Counted from the stretch's first letter, positions 1-10,159 are shown. The stretch: DNA of 61,470 nt from Rhodocyclaceae bacterium (GCA_017553285.1 JAFZMK010000085.1:1-61470), one strand, 5' to 3'. Translations and numbers: made by a program. Notes: generated from the letters alone by a model not told the origin.

Positions 1-1967
1 ACCATCTCTAGCCAGAGTTTTTCCGCGACGAGGTCGGAGCCGTCGGCGGAAAGGTGGCCGGAAGAGCGGTAGCGCAATTTGTCGTCTGCCACGCCCGGGC
101 AGCGCGTGGCATCGCAGAGCACGTCGGCAAGGTCAAATGTGCGCACCTGCGGAAATCGCGCCAGCACGCCGTCGATGGCGGCGCGCAGCCGCGCATCGGT
201 GGCATCCTGCCAGACGTTGCGCGCGGTGCCACAAACGGTTTTCGCGGGCGGGCGGGGGCGATGGGTGACGCAGGTGTGCGGGTCAAAATCAATCGCGACG
301 TTGTTGCGGATGAAAACGATGTGTTTGCCGCGCGCCAGCAGGGCGGAAAGGTGGCGGGCGAGGGTTTCCTGAATGGCGCGCTCGCGCGCGGCGTCGGTTT
401 GTGCGGGCAGCGCGTGCAGGAAAGCGTCTTCTTCGCCCGGCCAATGCGGGCTGAAGGCAAAGACGACGGTTTTGACCGAATCGGCTTCATACGCCAGCCG
501 CAGCGCTGTTTCTGTGGTTTGCACGCAGTCTTCGTGCTTGCGTCCGGCGCGGGTGAAGCCGAGAAAGGCGGTGCAGCCGCCTTGATTGAGCGCCAGCACG
601 CCTGCGCTGTGTTGCTGTGCGCGTTTGTTTAGCCCGTGAAAGAAATGCCAGGCTTTGGAATCGCCAATGAGCACGATGGCGGGGTCGGGCTGGTTCGGAG
701 TGAGGCGGCAAAACTGCGGGCGGAAGGTGTCAGTGAAAAAACGCTGTTTGCAAAAATCGTCCTGCGGGTCGCTGCCCCAACCGAGTTGGTGGGTTAGGTG
801 CGACTGGGTGGCAGCGCGCGCTGGAAAACCGCCCATGAACCAGGTGATCGCGCCAACATACCCCAGCGCCGCCACCGTCACCGCCAGCGCAATCGCCTTT
901 GCCTTGCCGTTGCCGCCGAAGCGCAGCGCTCGTTCGATGAAGCGCCAGGTCAGCGCCGCCAGAACAATCGCCGCCAACACTGCCGCAATGCGCACGCTGC
1001 GCGCAGGTGTGCCGCCTTCGATGATGCGGGCGAAGGCCAGCAGCGGCCAGTGCCACAGATACAGCGGAAAACTAATCAGGCCAAAAAACACCGCCACACG
1101 GTTTGAGAGCAGCACACGGTTCAACCACGCCCGCTGCCCTGCGGCGATGACGCAAAACGCCCCCGCCACGGGCACCGCCGCCCACGCCCCGGGAAAGGGT
1201 GTGGACTTGGTGATTTGCCAGAAACTGAGCGCCAGCAGCGCAAAACCGGCAAGGGAAAGCGCGTTGCCATGTTTTTCTTCATTGGGCGTCGGGCGCAGGT
1301 GCCACCACGCCAGCAGGCTACCGGCGAGCAATTCCCAAAAACGGGTATAGGGCGCGTAAAACGTCGCCGTCACATCGCGCGGAAGCAAAAACACGTTGGC
1401 GGCAAACGACGCCAGCAGCAACAGCACGATGAGCGCCAACGGGTTGAATGTCCGCCGCCACGCCCACCACAGCAGCAGCGGCCAGACGAGGTAAAACTGC
1501 TCTTCAATGCCCAGGCTCCACAGATGCAGCAGCGGTTTGAGTTCCGAGGCGGTGTCGAAATAGCCCGCTTCAAACCACAGCACGATGTTGGCAACAAAGC
1601 CCGCGCCGCCCGCCATGTGCTTGCCCAGCGCGGCAAACTCGTCAGCAAACAGGCTGTACCAGCCAAAGGCGAAGGTTGCCGCCAACACCACTGCCAGCGC
1701 CGGAAAGATGCGCCGGATGCGGCGCATGTAGAAGGTGGCAAAACTGAAGGTGCCGCGTGCAAGGTTTTCCAGCAGGATGGTGGAAATCAGATAGCCCGAG
1801 ATGACGAAGAAAATATCCACGCCGACAAACCCGCCCGGCAGCCAGCGCGGGAAGGCGTGGAAGGCGACCACGGCAAGCACCGCCACCGCGCGCAGTCCGT
1901 CGATGTCCGGGCGGTATTTGGGGTGGGTGAGGGTTTCTGCCGCTGTGCTCTGCGCGGGGAGGGACAT
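1..1967 (-). CDS. Acyltransferase family 3 (OafA/YrhL-like) membrane protein with C-terminal SGNH-type domain. The 3' end runs off the window.
   Basis: Not in the ORF track because no stop lies in the window. My translation from the ATG at 1967 gives MSLPAQSTAAETLTHPKYRPDIDGLRAVAVLAVVAFHAF...GVDIFFVISGYLIS...LWSLGIEEQFYLVWP. Later it gives AIVLIGDSKAWH and ...YRSSGHLSADGSDLVAEKLWLEM at the left edge. The frame was checked at 657-689 and 3-59. Confidence 0.8.
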   Translation of the reverse strand, partial: MSLPAQSTAAETLTHPKYRPDIDGLRAVAVLAVVAFHAFPRWLPGGFVGVDIFFVISGYLISTILLENLARGTFSFATFYMRRIRRIFPALAVVLAATFAFGWYSLFADEFAALGKHMAGGAGFVANIVLWFEAGYFDTASELKPLLHLWSLGIEEQFYLVWPLLLWWAWRRTFNPLALIVLLLLASFAANVFLLPRDVTATFYAPYTRFWELLAGSLLAWWHLRPTPNEEKHGNALSLAGFALLALSFWQITKSTPFPGAWAAVPVAGAFCVIAAGQRAWLNRVLLSNRVAVFFGLISFPLYLWHWPLLAFARIIEGGTPARSVRIAAVLAAIVLAALTWRFIERALRFGGNGKAKAIALAVTVAALGYVGAITWFMGGFPARAATQSHLTHQLGWGSDPQDDFCKQRFFTDTFRPQFCRLTPNQPDPAIVLIGDSKAWHFFHGLNKRAQQHSAGVLALNQGGCTAFLGFTRAGRKHEDCVQTTETALRLAYEADSVKTVVFAFSPHWPGEEDAFLHALPAQTDAARERAIQETLARHLSALLARGKHIVFIRNNVAIDFDPHTCVTHRPRPPAKTVCGTARNVWQDATDARLRAAIDGVLARFPQVRTFDLADVLCDATRCPGVADDKLRYRSSGHLSADGSDLVAEKLWLEM

Positions 1968-1973
1968 GGGCGG

Positions 1974-2741
1974 TCAGACCGGGTTGGCAACGTCGAGAAA
2001 TTCCACGGCAATGCCGCAGTGTTGGTGGATGTGTTCGCCCAGCGCGCGGATGCCGTCGCGTTCGGTGGCGTGGTGGCCGCAGGCGAGGAAGGCAACGCCG
2101 GATTCGCGTGCAAGATGGGTGCAGGGTTCGGAAATTTCGCCGGTAATGAAAGCGTCCGCCCCAGCGTCAATGGCGGCTTCAAACCAGCCTTGCGCGCCGC
2201 CGCTGCACCACGCCAGCGTGCGGACGGTGCGCCCGGCATCCCCAATGACCAGCGGTTCGCGCCCGTAGCTTTGCGCCAGTTGGTGCGCCAGCGCATCCAG
2301 CCGGATGGGCGCGGGCGGCGTGCCCAGCCAGCCGAGGTCTTCGTCGCCAAAATGCCCGCTGGGCTGCCAGCCGAAACGCTGCGCGATTTGCGCGTTGTTG
2401 CCGCATTCGGGGTGGGCATCCAGCGGCAGGTGGTAGGCGATCAAGCTGATGTCGTTATGAATCAGCGTGCCGAGGCGCCGGCGGCGCAGCCCCGTGATGC
2501 GCGGACTTTCGTTGCGCCAGAAATAGCCGTGATGCACCAGCACGGCATCAAAATTGTGTGCCACGGCGTAATCGAGCAGCGCCTGGCAGGCGCTGACCCC
2601 CGTGAGCAGACGGGCAATCTTGGGTCTGCCTTCCACTTGCAAGCCGTTTGGGCAATAATCCTTAAAGCGGGCGGCGTCCAGATAGGTGTCCAGATGGTCG
2701 ACGAGTTCGGCAAGTGCGATGCGGGGGGCGTGTCCGGTCAT
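1974..2741 (-). CDS. Nif3-like dinuclear metal centre protein (YbgI / GTP cyclohydrolase 1 type 2 family)
   Basis: Internal ATG at 2741 of ORF 1974..3179. MTGHAPRIALAELVDHLDTYL...NGLQVEG...AVLVHHGYFW...IAYHLPLDAHPECGNN...ACGHHATE is a typical Nif3 signature. Confidence 0.85.
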   Translation of the reverse strand: MTGHAPRIALAELVDHLDTYLDAARFKDYCPNGLQVEGRPKIARLLTGVSACQALLDYAVAHNFDAVLVHHGYFWRNESPRITGLRRRRLGTLIHNDISLIAYHLPLDAHPECGNNAQIAQRFGWQPSGHFGDEDLGWLGTPPAPIRLDALAHQLAQSYGREPLVIGDAGRTVRTLAWCSGGAQGWFEAAIDAGADAFITGEISEPCTHLARESGVAFLACGHHATERDGIRALGEHIHQHCGIAVEFLDVANPV

Positions 2742-2765
2742 GATGGTTTGCGTGCAGGAAAGTGA

Positions 2766-3965
2766 ATGAAACAGATTTGGCTCATTTTTGCACAGGCGGT
2801 GACGATTGTCGCCGCTGCCCTGTTCGCGGTCTCGGTATTCCAGCCACAATGGCTGGGCAGGGGCGGCGCGGCAGCCGTGGTGCGCGTGGCGCAAGAGGCG
2901 GTCAACCCGGCAGGCACGGGCGCGGGCGCGGGTAATACGCTGTCGTATGCCACGGCAGCACAGCGGGCGCTGCCGGCGGTGGTGAGCATTGTGGTGGCGC
3001 TCTCGCCCGAGGCGGTGCGCGAGCGCACGCCCAACCCGCTGCTGGAAGACCCGTTTTTGCGCCGCTTTTTTGAGGGCGAAGGCGATGTGCTGCTGCCCGA
3101 AGACGACAGTGAAGCCGATAGCGGCTTTGGTTCCGGTGTGATGGTGTCGGAAGACGGCTATGTGCTGACCAACAACCACGTTATCGAAAACGGCGAAGGC
3201 ATCGAAGTGGGGTTCAGCGACGGGCGCACCTTTCCGGCGCGGCTGGTGGGGTCGGACCCGGAATCGGATTTGGCGGTGCTGAAAATCGACAGCAACGAGG
3301 CGCTGCCCGCGATTACCTTCGCGGGCAACGAGAGCCTGCGCATTGGCGACGTGGTGCTGGCGATTGGCAACCCGTTTGGCGTCGGCCAGACGGTGACGAT
3401 GGGCATTGTCTCGGCGCTGGGGCGCAGTGAGTTGGGGCTAAGCACGTTTGAAAACTACATTCAGACCGATGCCGCCATCAACCCGGGCAATTCCGGCGGC
3501 GCGCTGGTCGATGGCAGCGGCAATCTGGTGGGCATCAACACGGCGATTTTTTCGCGCAGCGGCGGTTCATTGGGCATTGGTTTTGCCATTCCGGTGTCGC
3601 TGGTGCGCCATGTGATGGAAGAAATCATCGCCCACGGCACGGTCACCCGTGGCTGGATTGGCGTGGAAATTCAGGAACTCACGCCGGAACTGGCGGAATC
3701 GTTCCGCGTGCAGGATAGTGGTGCCAAAACGCTCATTGCCGGTGTGCTCACCGAAGGCCCCGCCTACAAGGCGGGCGTGGAGCCGGGCGACATTCTGCTG
3801 GCCATCGACGACCAGCCGATTGCCAGCCCGAAAGACATGCAAACGCGCGTGGCAGCCATCCGCCCCGGCGATTCGGCGAAGTTTGTGTTTTTGCGCGACG
3901 GGCGCGAGCTGACCAAAAACATCGAAATCGCCCGCCGCCCGCTGCCCAAGGACATGCGCCGCTAA
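2766..3965 (+). CDS. Periplasmic S1C serine endoprotease, DegS/AlgW-like, with a single PDZ domain
   Basis: N-terminal TM anchor. Catalytic motifs TNNHVI, DLAVLKI and GNSGGALVD. PDZ-like C-terminus GVLTEGPAYKAGVEPGDILLAIDD. Confidence 0.85.
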   Translation: MKQIWLIFAQAVTIVAAALFAVSVFQPQWLGRGGAAAVVRVAQEAVNPAGTGAGAGNTLSYATAAQRALPAVVSIVVALSPEAVRERTPNPLLEDPFLRRFFEGEGDVLLPEDDSEADSGFGSGVMVSEDGYVLTNNHVIENGEGIEVGFSDGRTFPARLVGSDPESDLAVLKIDSNEALPAITFAGNESLRIGDVVLAIGNPFGVGQTVTMGIVSALGRSELGLSTFENYIQTDAAINPGNSGGALVDGSGNLVGINTAIFSRSGGSLGIGFAIPVSLVRHVMEEIIAHGTVTRGWIGVEIQELTPELAESFRVQDSGAKTLIAGVLTEGPAYKAGVEPGDILLAIDDQPIASPKDMQTRVAAIRPGDSAKFVFLRDGRELTKNIEIARRPLPKDMRR

Positions 3966-4066
3966 AGGCGCGCGTGCGCGGAGTTTTTACATTTCACGGC
4001 GTCACTGGCGTATACTTGGCGGCGATTGTGCGCATCGTGCGCGCGCCCCGTTTCCGGAGAAAACGC

Positions 4067-4873
4067 ATGAACCAAGATGTGTGTGTAGCCGCCGTTCAGA
4101 TGGTTTCCAGTATGCAAGTGCAGGCCAATTGCGCCTGCGCGGAACAACTGGTGGCCAAAGCGGTGCAGGCAGGGGCGCAGATGGTGGCGTTGCCGGAATT
4201 TTTCCCGCTCATCGGAATGCGCGAAGACGGCGCACTGCAACACGCCGAGGCAGACGGAGAAGGGCCGTTGCAAGATTTCCTGCGCCAGTTGGCGGCGCGT
4301 CACGGCATCTGGCTGGTCGGCGGCACCGTGCCGCTGCGTGGTGAATCGCAAGGCAAGGTGCGCAACAGCCTGCTGGTCTTCAACCCGCAGGGCGAGCGCG
4401 TGCTGCGCTACGACAAGGTGCACCTGTTCAGCCTGGAACGCGGCAGCGAGCGCTATGACGAATCGGCGGTGATGGAGCCGGGGCGCGACGTGTGCTCGTT
4501 TCACACGCCGTTTGGGCACGTGGGCGTGGCGCTGTGTTATGACCTGCGCTTTCCCGAACTGTTCCGCAAGTTTTCCGGCGTGGACATGATTGTCTTGCCG
4601 GCGGCCTTCACCTACGGCACCGGGCAGGCGCACTGGGAAGTGTTGCTGCGTGCGCGCGCCATCGAAAACCAGTGCTACGTCATCGCCAGCGCGCAGGGCG
4701 GGCGCCACGAAAGCGGGCGCAACACCTGGGGGCAAAGCATGATTGTCGACCCCTGGGGCGAAATTCTCGCGCAGCAGGCGCAGGGCGAAGGCGTGGTGGT
4801 TGCCAAATGCACCACCCTGCGCTTGCAGCAGGTGCGCGCCATGCTGCCCGCGCTCAGTCACCGTGTATTCTGA
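4067..4873 (+). CDS. Carbon-nitrogen hydrolase (nitrilase superfamily) protein
   Basis: ATG at 4067. E-K-C triad context: [26 protein letters not shown]. Also [12 protein letters not shown]. Confidence 0.85.
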   Translation: MNQDVCVAAVQMVSSMQVQANCACAEQLVAKAVQAGAQMVALPEFFPLIGMREDGALQHAEADGEGPLQDFLRQLAARHGIWLVGGTVPLRGESQGKVRNSLLVFNPQGERVLRYDKVHLFSLERGSERYDESAVMEPGRDVCSFHTPFGHVGVALCYDLRFPELFRKFSGVDMIVLPAAFTYGTGQAHWEVLLRARAIENQCYVIASAQGGRHESGRNTWGQSMIVDPWGEILAQQAQGEGVVVAKCTTLRLQQVRAMLPALSHRVF

Positions 4874-4932
4874 AAACGCCCCCAGAAGGCGGATCATTCC
4901 CGCGCGCTGTTTCTTCTTTTGACCCCGTCACC

Positions 4933-6387
4933 ATGAATGCCCCCGTTACCGCACCGGACGCGCTCGCCATTGCCCGTCCGGTTTTGCTTGCCGCCCACGA
5001 ACTCGATGATGCGGCGCTGGAACACACCTTCTCCCGCCTGATGGCGCACCGGCTCGATTACGCCGACCTCTACTTTCAGCACGCCTGCTATGAGGGCTGG
5101 AACCTCGAAGAAGGCATCGTCAAATCCGGCAGTTTCAGCATTGACCAGGGTGTGGGCGTGCGCGCCATTTGCGGCGAAAAAACCGCCTTTGCCTATTCCG
5201 ACGACATCAGCGCCGAGGCATTGCGCTCGGCGGTGGATACCACGCGCGCCATTGCCGCCGCTGGCGGGCAAGGGCGCGTGTGCGCGCCGCGTCCCCATGC
5301 CGTGCCCGCGCTCTATGGCGCGGAGAACCCGCTGCATCAGATGGACGCCACCGACAAGGTGCGCCTGCTGCACCGGCTGGAACAATTCGCCCGCGCCGAA
5401 GATGCGCGCGTGCTCGAAGTCATGGCGGGCTTGTCGCTGTCGTGGGAAGTGGTGCTCATCGCCCGCCATGACGGGCAGATGGCGGCAGACGTGCGCCCGC
5501 TGGTGCGGGTGTCGGTGACCGTCATCCTCACCGAAAATGGCCGCCGCGAACAAGGCCACGCCGGGGGCGGCGGGCGCTTTGCGCTGCACCGGCTGGATGA
5601 CGAATTGCTGCACCGGCTGGCGCGCGAGGCAGTGCATCAGGCGCGCACCAATCTTGCCGCTTCGCCCGCACCGGCAGGGGAAATGACCGTGGTGCTCGGC
5701 CCGGGCTGGCCGGGCATTTTGCTGCATGAGGCTATCGGCCACGGGCTGGAAGGCGATTTCAACCGCCGTGGCACGTCGGCCTTTTCCGGGCGGCTGGGCG
5801 AGCGCGTCGCCGCCGAGGGCGTCACCGTTGTCGATGACGGCACGCTGGCGGAGCGGCGCGGCTCGCTGAGCGTGGATGACGAAGGCACGCCGACGCAATG
5901 CACCACGCTGATTGAAAACGGCATTTTGGTCGGTTATCTGCAAGACACGCTGAACGCGCGCTTGATGGGCGTGGCGAGCACCGGCAACGGGCGGCGCGAA
6001 TCCTTCGCCCATCTGCCTTATCCGCGCATGACGAATACCTACATGCTGGGCGGTGCGCACGCGCCGGAAGAAATCATCGCCTCGGTGCCCAAAGGCTTGT
6101 ACGCGGCGAATTTCGGCGGCGGGCAGGTGGACATTACCTCGGGCAAATTCGTCTTTTCCGCTTCCGAAGCCTATTTGATTGAAAACGGCAAAATCACCCG
6201 TCCGGTGAAGGGCGCGACGCTGATTGGCAACGGGCCGGACGTGCTCACCCGCGTGCGCATGATTGGCAACGACATGGCGCTTGACCCCGGCATCGGCACC
6301 TGCGGCAAGCACGGGCAAAGCGTGCCGGTGGGCGTCGGGCAGCCGACGCTGCGCATCGACAACCTCACGGTGGGCGGCACGGACTGA
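4933..6387 (+). CDS. tldD: Metalloprotease TldD
   Basis: ATG at 4933. DYADLYFQ...[12 protein letters not shown]...[22 protein letters not shown]...TVDDEGTP...[14 protein letters not shown], full length for TldD. Confidence 0.9.
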   Translation: MNAPVTAPDALAIARPVLLAAHELDDAALEHTFSRLMAHRLDYADLYFQHACYEGWNLEEGIVKSGSFSIDQGVGVRAICGEKTAFAYSDDISAEALRSAVDTTRAIAAAGGQGRVCAPRPHAVPALYGAENPLHQMDATDKVRLLHRLEQFARAEDARVLEVMAGLSLSWEVVLIARHDGQMAADVRPLVRVSVTVILTENGRREQGHAGGGGRFALHRLDDELLHRLAREAVHQARTNLAASPAPAGEMTVVLGPGWPGILLHEAIGHGLEGDFNRRGTSAFSGRLGERVAAEGVTVVDDGTLAERRGSLSVDDEGTPTQCTTLIENGILVGYLQDTLNARLMGVASTGNGRRESFAHLPYPRMTNTYMLGGAHAPEEIIASVPKGLYAANFGGGQVDITSGKFVFSASEAYLIENGKITRPVKGATLIGNGPDVLTRVRMIGNDMALDPGIGTCGKHGQSVPVGVGQPTLRIDNLTVGGTD

Positions 6388-6411
6388 ACGCGCCCGCAAG
6401 GAGAAACCAGC

Positions 6412-6939
6412 ATGAAAGCAGCGGGCGCGTTGCGCGACGAAATTTGCTATCCCTTCCTCTACGAGACTTCCTGGCTGTGCGATTACGAGGTCGCCACCGA
6501 TGAGCTATGCGGGCTGATTGGCTCGGCGCTGTCGCTGCTGCCGCCCGAAATGGCGGACATCGCCGCTGATCTCGACCGCCTGCAACCGCTGGCGTTTCAC
6601 CTCAATGGCTCATTGCGCGGGCGGCTGGCGGTGACTGATGCCGACGTGGACTGGCTGCGCGCCCGGCTGGAACACTACCGCGAAGAAGTGCGCGATGCAC
6701 ACGCGGGCTTTATCCTGCCGCGTGGCGCGCTGCCCGTGCCGTATTTGTATCAGGCCTGTTCGGCGGCGAAACGCGCGGTGCGGCTGATGGTGCGCATCGA
6801 GGCGGAAGGGCGGGAAATTCCCCCCGTGCTGCCGCGTTTGTGCAATCTGATGGGCAATTTTTTCTTTGTATTGGCGCGCGTCATCAACCGGCGGCGCGGC
6901 GAGGCGGAAATTCCCTTTGTCAGCAAAAGTTACGGCTGA
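6412..6939 (+). CDS. Cob_adeno_trans (PduO-type ATP:cob(I)alamin adenosyltransferase)-like protein without the canonical N-terminal motif
   Basis: AGGAGA lies upstream of the ATG. EVATDELCGLIGSA...LQPLAFHLNGSL...FILPRG resembles the helical-bundle core of PduO-type adenosyltransferases. I see no TKxGDxGxT motif, and only 24 nt separate it from tldD. Confidence 0.5.
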   Translation: MKAAGALRDEICYPFLYETSWLCDYEVATDELCGLIGSALSLLPPEMADIAADLDRLQPLAFHLNGSLRGRLAVTDADVDWLRARLEHYREEVRDAHAGFILPRGALPVPYLYQACSAAKRAVRLMVRIEAEGREIPPVLPRLCNLMGNFFFVLARVINRRRGEAEIPFVSKSYG

Positions 6940-7646
6940 ACCAGCCACGGCCTGTCGGCGCGGCGCGCGCGCCAGTGCATCTGCCCGCTGGTCAAATCGT
7001 ATTCGGCAAGCGTAAACAGCGCGCCGCCAATTTCAGCGGCTTCGTAGCCCAGCAGGTGAAGACGGCGCACCGTGAGCGCCAGCGGCGGCGCATCAGCAAG
7101 CAAGGCAAAACGTTCCGCCACCTGCGCGCACGGCCAGGCGTCGGCATAGAGGCCGACGGTGACGTGCGGCACATACGCGCCTTGCGGGTGCTGCGCATCG
7201 TGTGTGTCCGTATGCAGGCAATGGCGCAGCGAGGCAAATTGCTGCGCGGCACCGTGCACGGTAAGAAACGGGGCGGCGGCGAAACTTTCCAGCGCGCCGA
7301 TTTCGATGCGGAAAACGTCCAGATTGCGCGCGCGCAGCGCGGCAAGCTGCGCGGCGATGTGCTGCGCGTCGATTTCATCGGGCGCGGGCGCGGAAGATTG
7401 TGCGGCAAACCCGCACACCGCCAGCGTAATGTGCGGCTGGCGCTGATAGCGGGAAAGCAGCAAACCATCGAGCGCCTGTTGCGCCGCCTGCACGCGCGCG
7501 CGCACTTCGGGGGTATCCACGTCGATTGCCCACAGCAGGTAATGCGTGCGCCCCCGCCGCCATTCGGGAAAATCGCGGCGTTCGTTGCGTAGCGTGTGTG
7601 TGGCGGCGAGAAACTGCTGGCGCAGCGCGGCGGGCGTTGGCGGCAT
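6930..7646 (-). CDS. 2H phosphoesterase superfamily protein (2'-5' RNA ligase / cyclic phosphodiesterase-like)
   Basis: Two HxT/Sx motifs at the expected spacing: QPHITLAVCGF and VPHVTVGLYA. Its ATG (7644-7646) shares one base with the TGA (7646-7648) of the upstream GGDEF gene. Confidence 0.75.
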   Translation of the reverse strand: MPPTPAALRQQFLAATHTLRNERRDFPEWRRGRTHYLLWAIDVDTPEVRARVQAAQQALDGLLLSRYQRQPHITLAVCGFAAQSSAPAPDEIDAQHIAAQLAALRARNLDVFRIEIGALESFAAAPFLTVHGAAQQFASLRHCLHTDTHDAQHPQGAYVPHVTVGLYADAWPCAQVAERFALLADAPPLALTVRRLHLLGYEAAEIGGALFTLAEYDLTSGQMHWRARRADRPWLVQP

Positions 7647-10075
7647 CAGGCAGGCTGCGCCGGTGCGCCGCTTGGTGCGGCGGCAGGCTGCGGGCGGGGC
7701 GCGGTTTGCTCGGCTTCAAAGCGGGCGAGCACGCGGTTGCGCCCGGCGTGTTTGGCGCGGTAGAGCATGGCATCGGCTTGCTCAATCAGCTCGTTGACGT
7801 TGCCGTTCGCGCTGCCCGTAGCATCGCCAGAGACGATGCCGATGCTGACGGTGATGTGTTCGTAGGGCGATTTTTCGTGCGGGAGCTGGAGCGCCTCCAC
7901 CGCCGCGCGGATGCGTTCGCCAAAAAGGGCGGCCTGAGGATGTTCGCACTGGTACCAGAACAGGATGAATTCTTCGCCGCCATAGCGACCACAGAAATCA
8001 TAGGGGCGCTGCCCGGCGTGCTTGCCGATGACTTTGCCGACGGCAGCCAGCACCGCATCGCCCGCCGCGTGCCCGTAGTGGTCGTTATAGTTTTTGAACC
8101 AGTCGACATCAATCATCGCGGCGGTGAGCTGATTGCGCGCGGCAGGCAGCAGCGGGCGGATGCTGGCAAGGTAGTTGTCCAGCCCCTGCCGGTTCGCCAG
8201 GCCGGTGAGCGCATCTTGCTGGGCGAGGAATTTGAGTTTTTCCTGCTTGACGAAGCTATCCAGCCGCCGGTGGTCCTGAATGGCGCTAAGCGCCGCGCCC
8301 ATGCAATTGACGAGGACAAACGAAATCAGCAGGTGCGACAGGTTGCCGGTGGTGGGCAGGAAGAGGATGCGGGGGACGAGATAGGCGAGCGTAATCGTCC
8401 AGCCGACCACGCACGCCACGCCCCAGTGCTGCGAGCCGACCATGTAGCTCTGGAAGAGCAGGAGCATCAGCAGCTCGTAGGGAATGTCGACCTGATGCTG
8501 GAAGGAGAGCCAGCCGGCATAGCAGATAATCAGCCCGTAAGCGAGGATGAACAGCGGCAAGATGCGCCAGGACAGGCGTTGCGCCCATTCGTGGCGCGTC
8601 AGCGCGATGCCCGCGCACAGCAGCGGCGTGAGGAAAAAGGTGTGCGAGCTAAGCAGCAAGCGGCTGGCGGGGGCATCGGGCAGCACGAAGTTGGCAGCAA
8701 TCAGCGTGAGATTGATGATCATGGTGATAATCAACATGCTGACCAGTTGCGGCTGCTCGATGATGCCGCGCAAGCTGGCAAAACGGGCGCGGTCTTCGCG
8801 GGTGATGGCGGTCTCGCGCGGCGTGAGGGCGGCGATGTAGGCACCCGGCGCAAAGGGCTTGGCACCGGCAGGCACGGCGGATTGCGCATCCTTGCCCGCG
8901 CCGCATTCGTGCGTGCACACCAGATTGCGCCCGCTTTCCTTGGCCAGATAGAGGGCGCGGTCGGCGTTGTCCAGCAGCGTGTGGCGGTCTTCGGCGCAGG
9001 TTGGCACGTGGCTGGTAATGCCGACGCTGACGGTCACCTTGCCGTGGTGGCTGTCTGCGTGTTCGATGGCGGTGGCTTCGACGGCATGGCGCAGCCCTTC
9101 GCCCAGGGCGAGGAGGTCTTGCTGGGGATGGAACCACACGGCAATGAATTCTTCGCCGCCATAGCGGGCGACGTAATCGGGCTTGGGCGAGGCGTGGCGG
9201 GCGATGGCGTGCGCGACGGTGGTGAGCACGTTGTCGCCAGCGGCGTGCCCGTAGCGGTCGTTATAGCGTTTGAAATGGTCGACATCAATCATCGCCACGG
9301 CCAGCGAGGCCTGTTCGCGCGTGGCCTGACGAACCAGGCGCGCGAGCAGCGCCTGCAAGTCGCGGCGGTTGGGCAGCCCGGTAAGCGGGTCGTGCCGGCT
9401 TTGTTCCAGAAAGGTGTTGTTGATGAGAAAGTGGTGGCGGGTGACACGCTCCAGCGTGTGGCTGGAAAAGAGGCTTACCATCATCGCCAGCGCGATATAG
9501 ATGGTGTGCATCCGGCACAGCGTGGCATCGGGCTGGTAGAGCCATTCGGGCACCGCCAGCAAAATGGCGGAAAGCAGGCAAGGCCACACGGCATAGCGCC
9601 ACGGAATGCCGCCGACCAGCGGCGTAAAGAGGATGAGCAGCAGCAAAAGCTGGTAGGAGTGCAAATAGCCGTAATGGCCGGAAACCCACTGGCTGGAACA
9701 CAACATGCAGACCGCCAGCATGGAATACAGGGCGGTGAACATGGGCATTCGCGGCGTAAAACGCGGCAGGAAGGACGCCACCATCCACGCCAGCCAGCAC
9801 AGGAAAAAGAGGGGAATACGGCTGATGATGGGGAAGGTGGGGACGTGTGCGGGCAGGTGGCGCAGGTCTGCCAGACAGAGGAAAAAGCCGGCGTACAGGG
9901 TAATGCCCAGTGCGTAGCGGGTCAGCTTGCGGTCGCGCTCGACGAGGTGAAGCAGGTACTGGTCTTCCAGTTCCGGGTTTTTGAAGCGCAAATTCCACCA
10001 CGACTCGACGGGCGCGAGCCGGGAAGACTGGCTGGGAAGACGCCATTGCACGGCGTCTGTGCTGGGGGCGTCCAT
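7646..10075 (-). CDS. Membrane diguanylate cyclase, duplicated architecture 6TM-GGDEF-6TM-GGDEF (paralog A)
   Basis: 809 aa. RYGGEEF is encoded at 9146-9160 (GGEEF, aa 306-310) and 7967-7981 (aa 699-703). Both domains keep IDVDxFKxYNDxYGHAAGD and AKxxGRN. Six hydrophobic helices precede each domain. Confidence 0.9.
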   Translation of the reverse strand: MDAPSTDAVQWRLPSQSSRLAPVESWWNLRFKNPELEDQYLLHLVERDRKLTRYALGITLYAGFFLCLADLRHLPAHVPTFPIISRIPLFFLCWLAWMVASFLPRFTPRMPMFTALYSMLAVCMLCSSQWVSGHYGYLHSYQLLLLLILFTPLVGGIPWRYAVWPCLLSAILLAVPEWLYQPDATLCRMHTIYIALAMMVSLFSSHTLERVTRHHFLINNTFLEQSRHDPLTGLPNRRDLQALLARLVRQATREQASLAVAMIDVDHFKRYNDRYGHAAGDNVLTTVAHAIARHASPKPDYVARYGGEEFIAVWFHPQQDLLALGEGLRHAVEATAIEHADSHHGKVTVSVGITSHVPTCAEDRHTLLDNADRALYLAKESGRNLVCTHECGAGKDAQSAVPAGAKPFAPGAYIAALTPRETAITREDRARFASLRGIIEQPQLVSMLIITMIINLTLIAANFVLPDAPASRLLLSSHTFFLTPLLCAGIALTRHEWAQRLSWRILPLFILAYGLIICYAGWLSFQHQVDIPYELLMLLLFQSYMVGSQHWGVACVVGWTITLAYLVPRILFLPTTGNLSHLLISFVLVNCMGAALSAIQDHRRLDSFVKQEKLKFLAQQDALTGLANRQGLDNYLASIRPLLPAARNQLTAAMIDVDWFKNYNDHYGHAAGDAVLAAVGKVIGKHAGQRPYDFCGRYGGEEFILFWYQCEHPQAALFGERIRAAVEALQLPHEKSPYEHITVSIGIVSGDATGSANGNVNELIEQADAMLYRAKHAGRNRVLARFEAEQTAPRPQPAAAPSGAPAQPA

Positions 10076-10159
10076 TGCGCGGTACGTGACTGTAAAAATA
10101 ATTCTGCCTGCGGGTGTGTGGAGAGACGAACGCGGTGTGTTCGTGGCTGTGATTGTATA

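Noticed and set aside
8-1762. Several 60-230-aa ORFs in the track (8..490 -, 54..632 +, 655..1350 +, 1370..1762 -, and others) in the first 2 kb
   Set aside because: The third minus-strand frame is open from 1967 to the window edge and encodes a coherent acyltransferase_3/SGNH protein. The listed ORFs are overlapping out-of-frame artefacts.
10076-10159. Short inverted repeat cgaac-N7-gttcg between paralogs A and B as a possible terminator
   Set aside because: The stem is only 5 bp, is not GC-rich enough, and no T-run follows on the minus strand. The evidence is insufficient.
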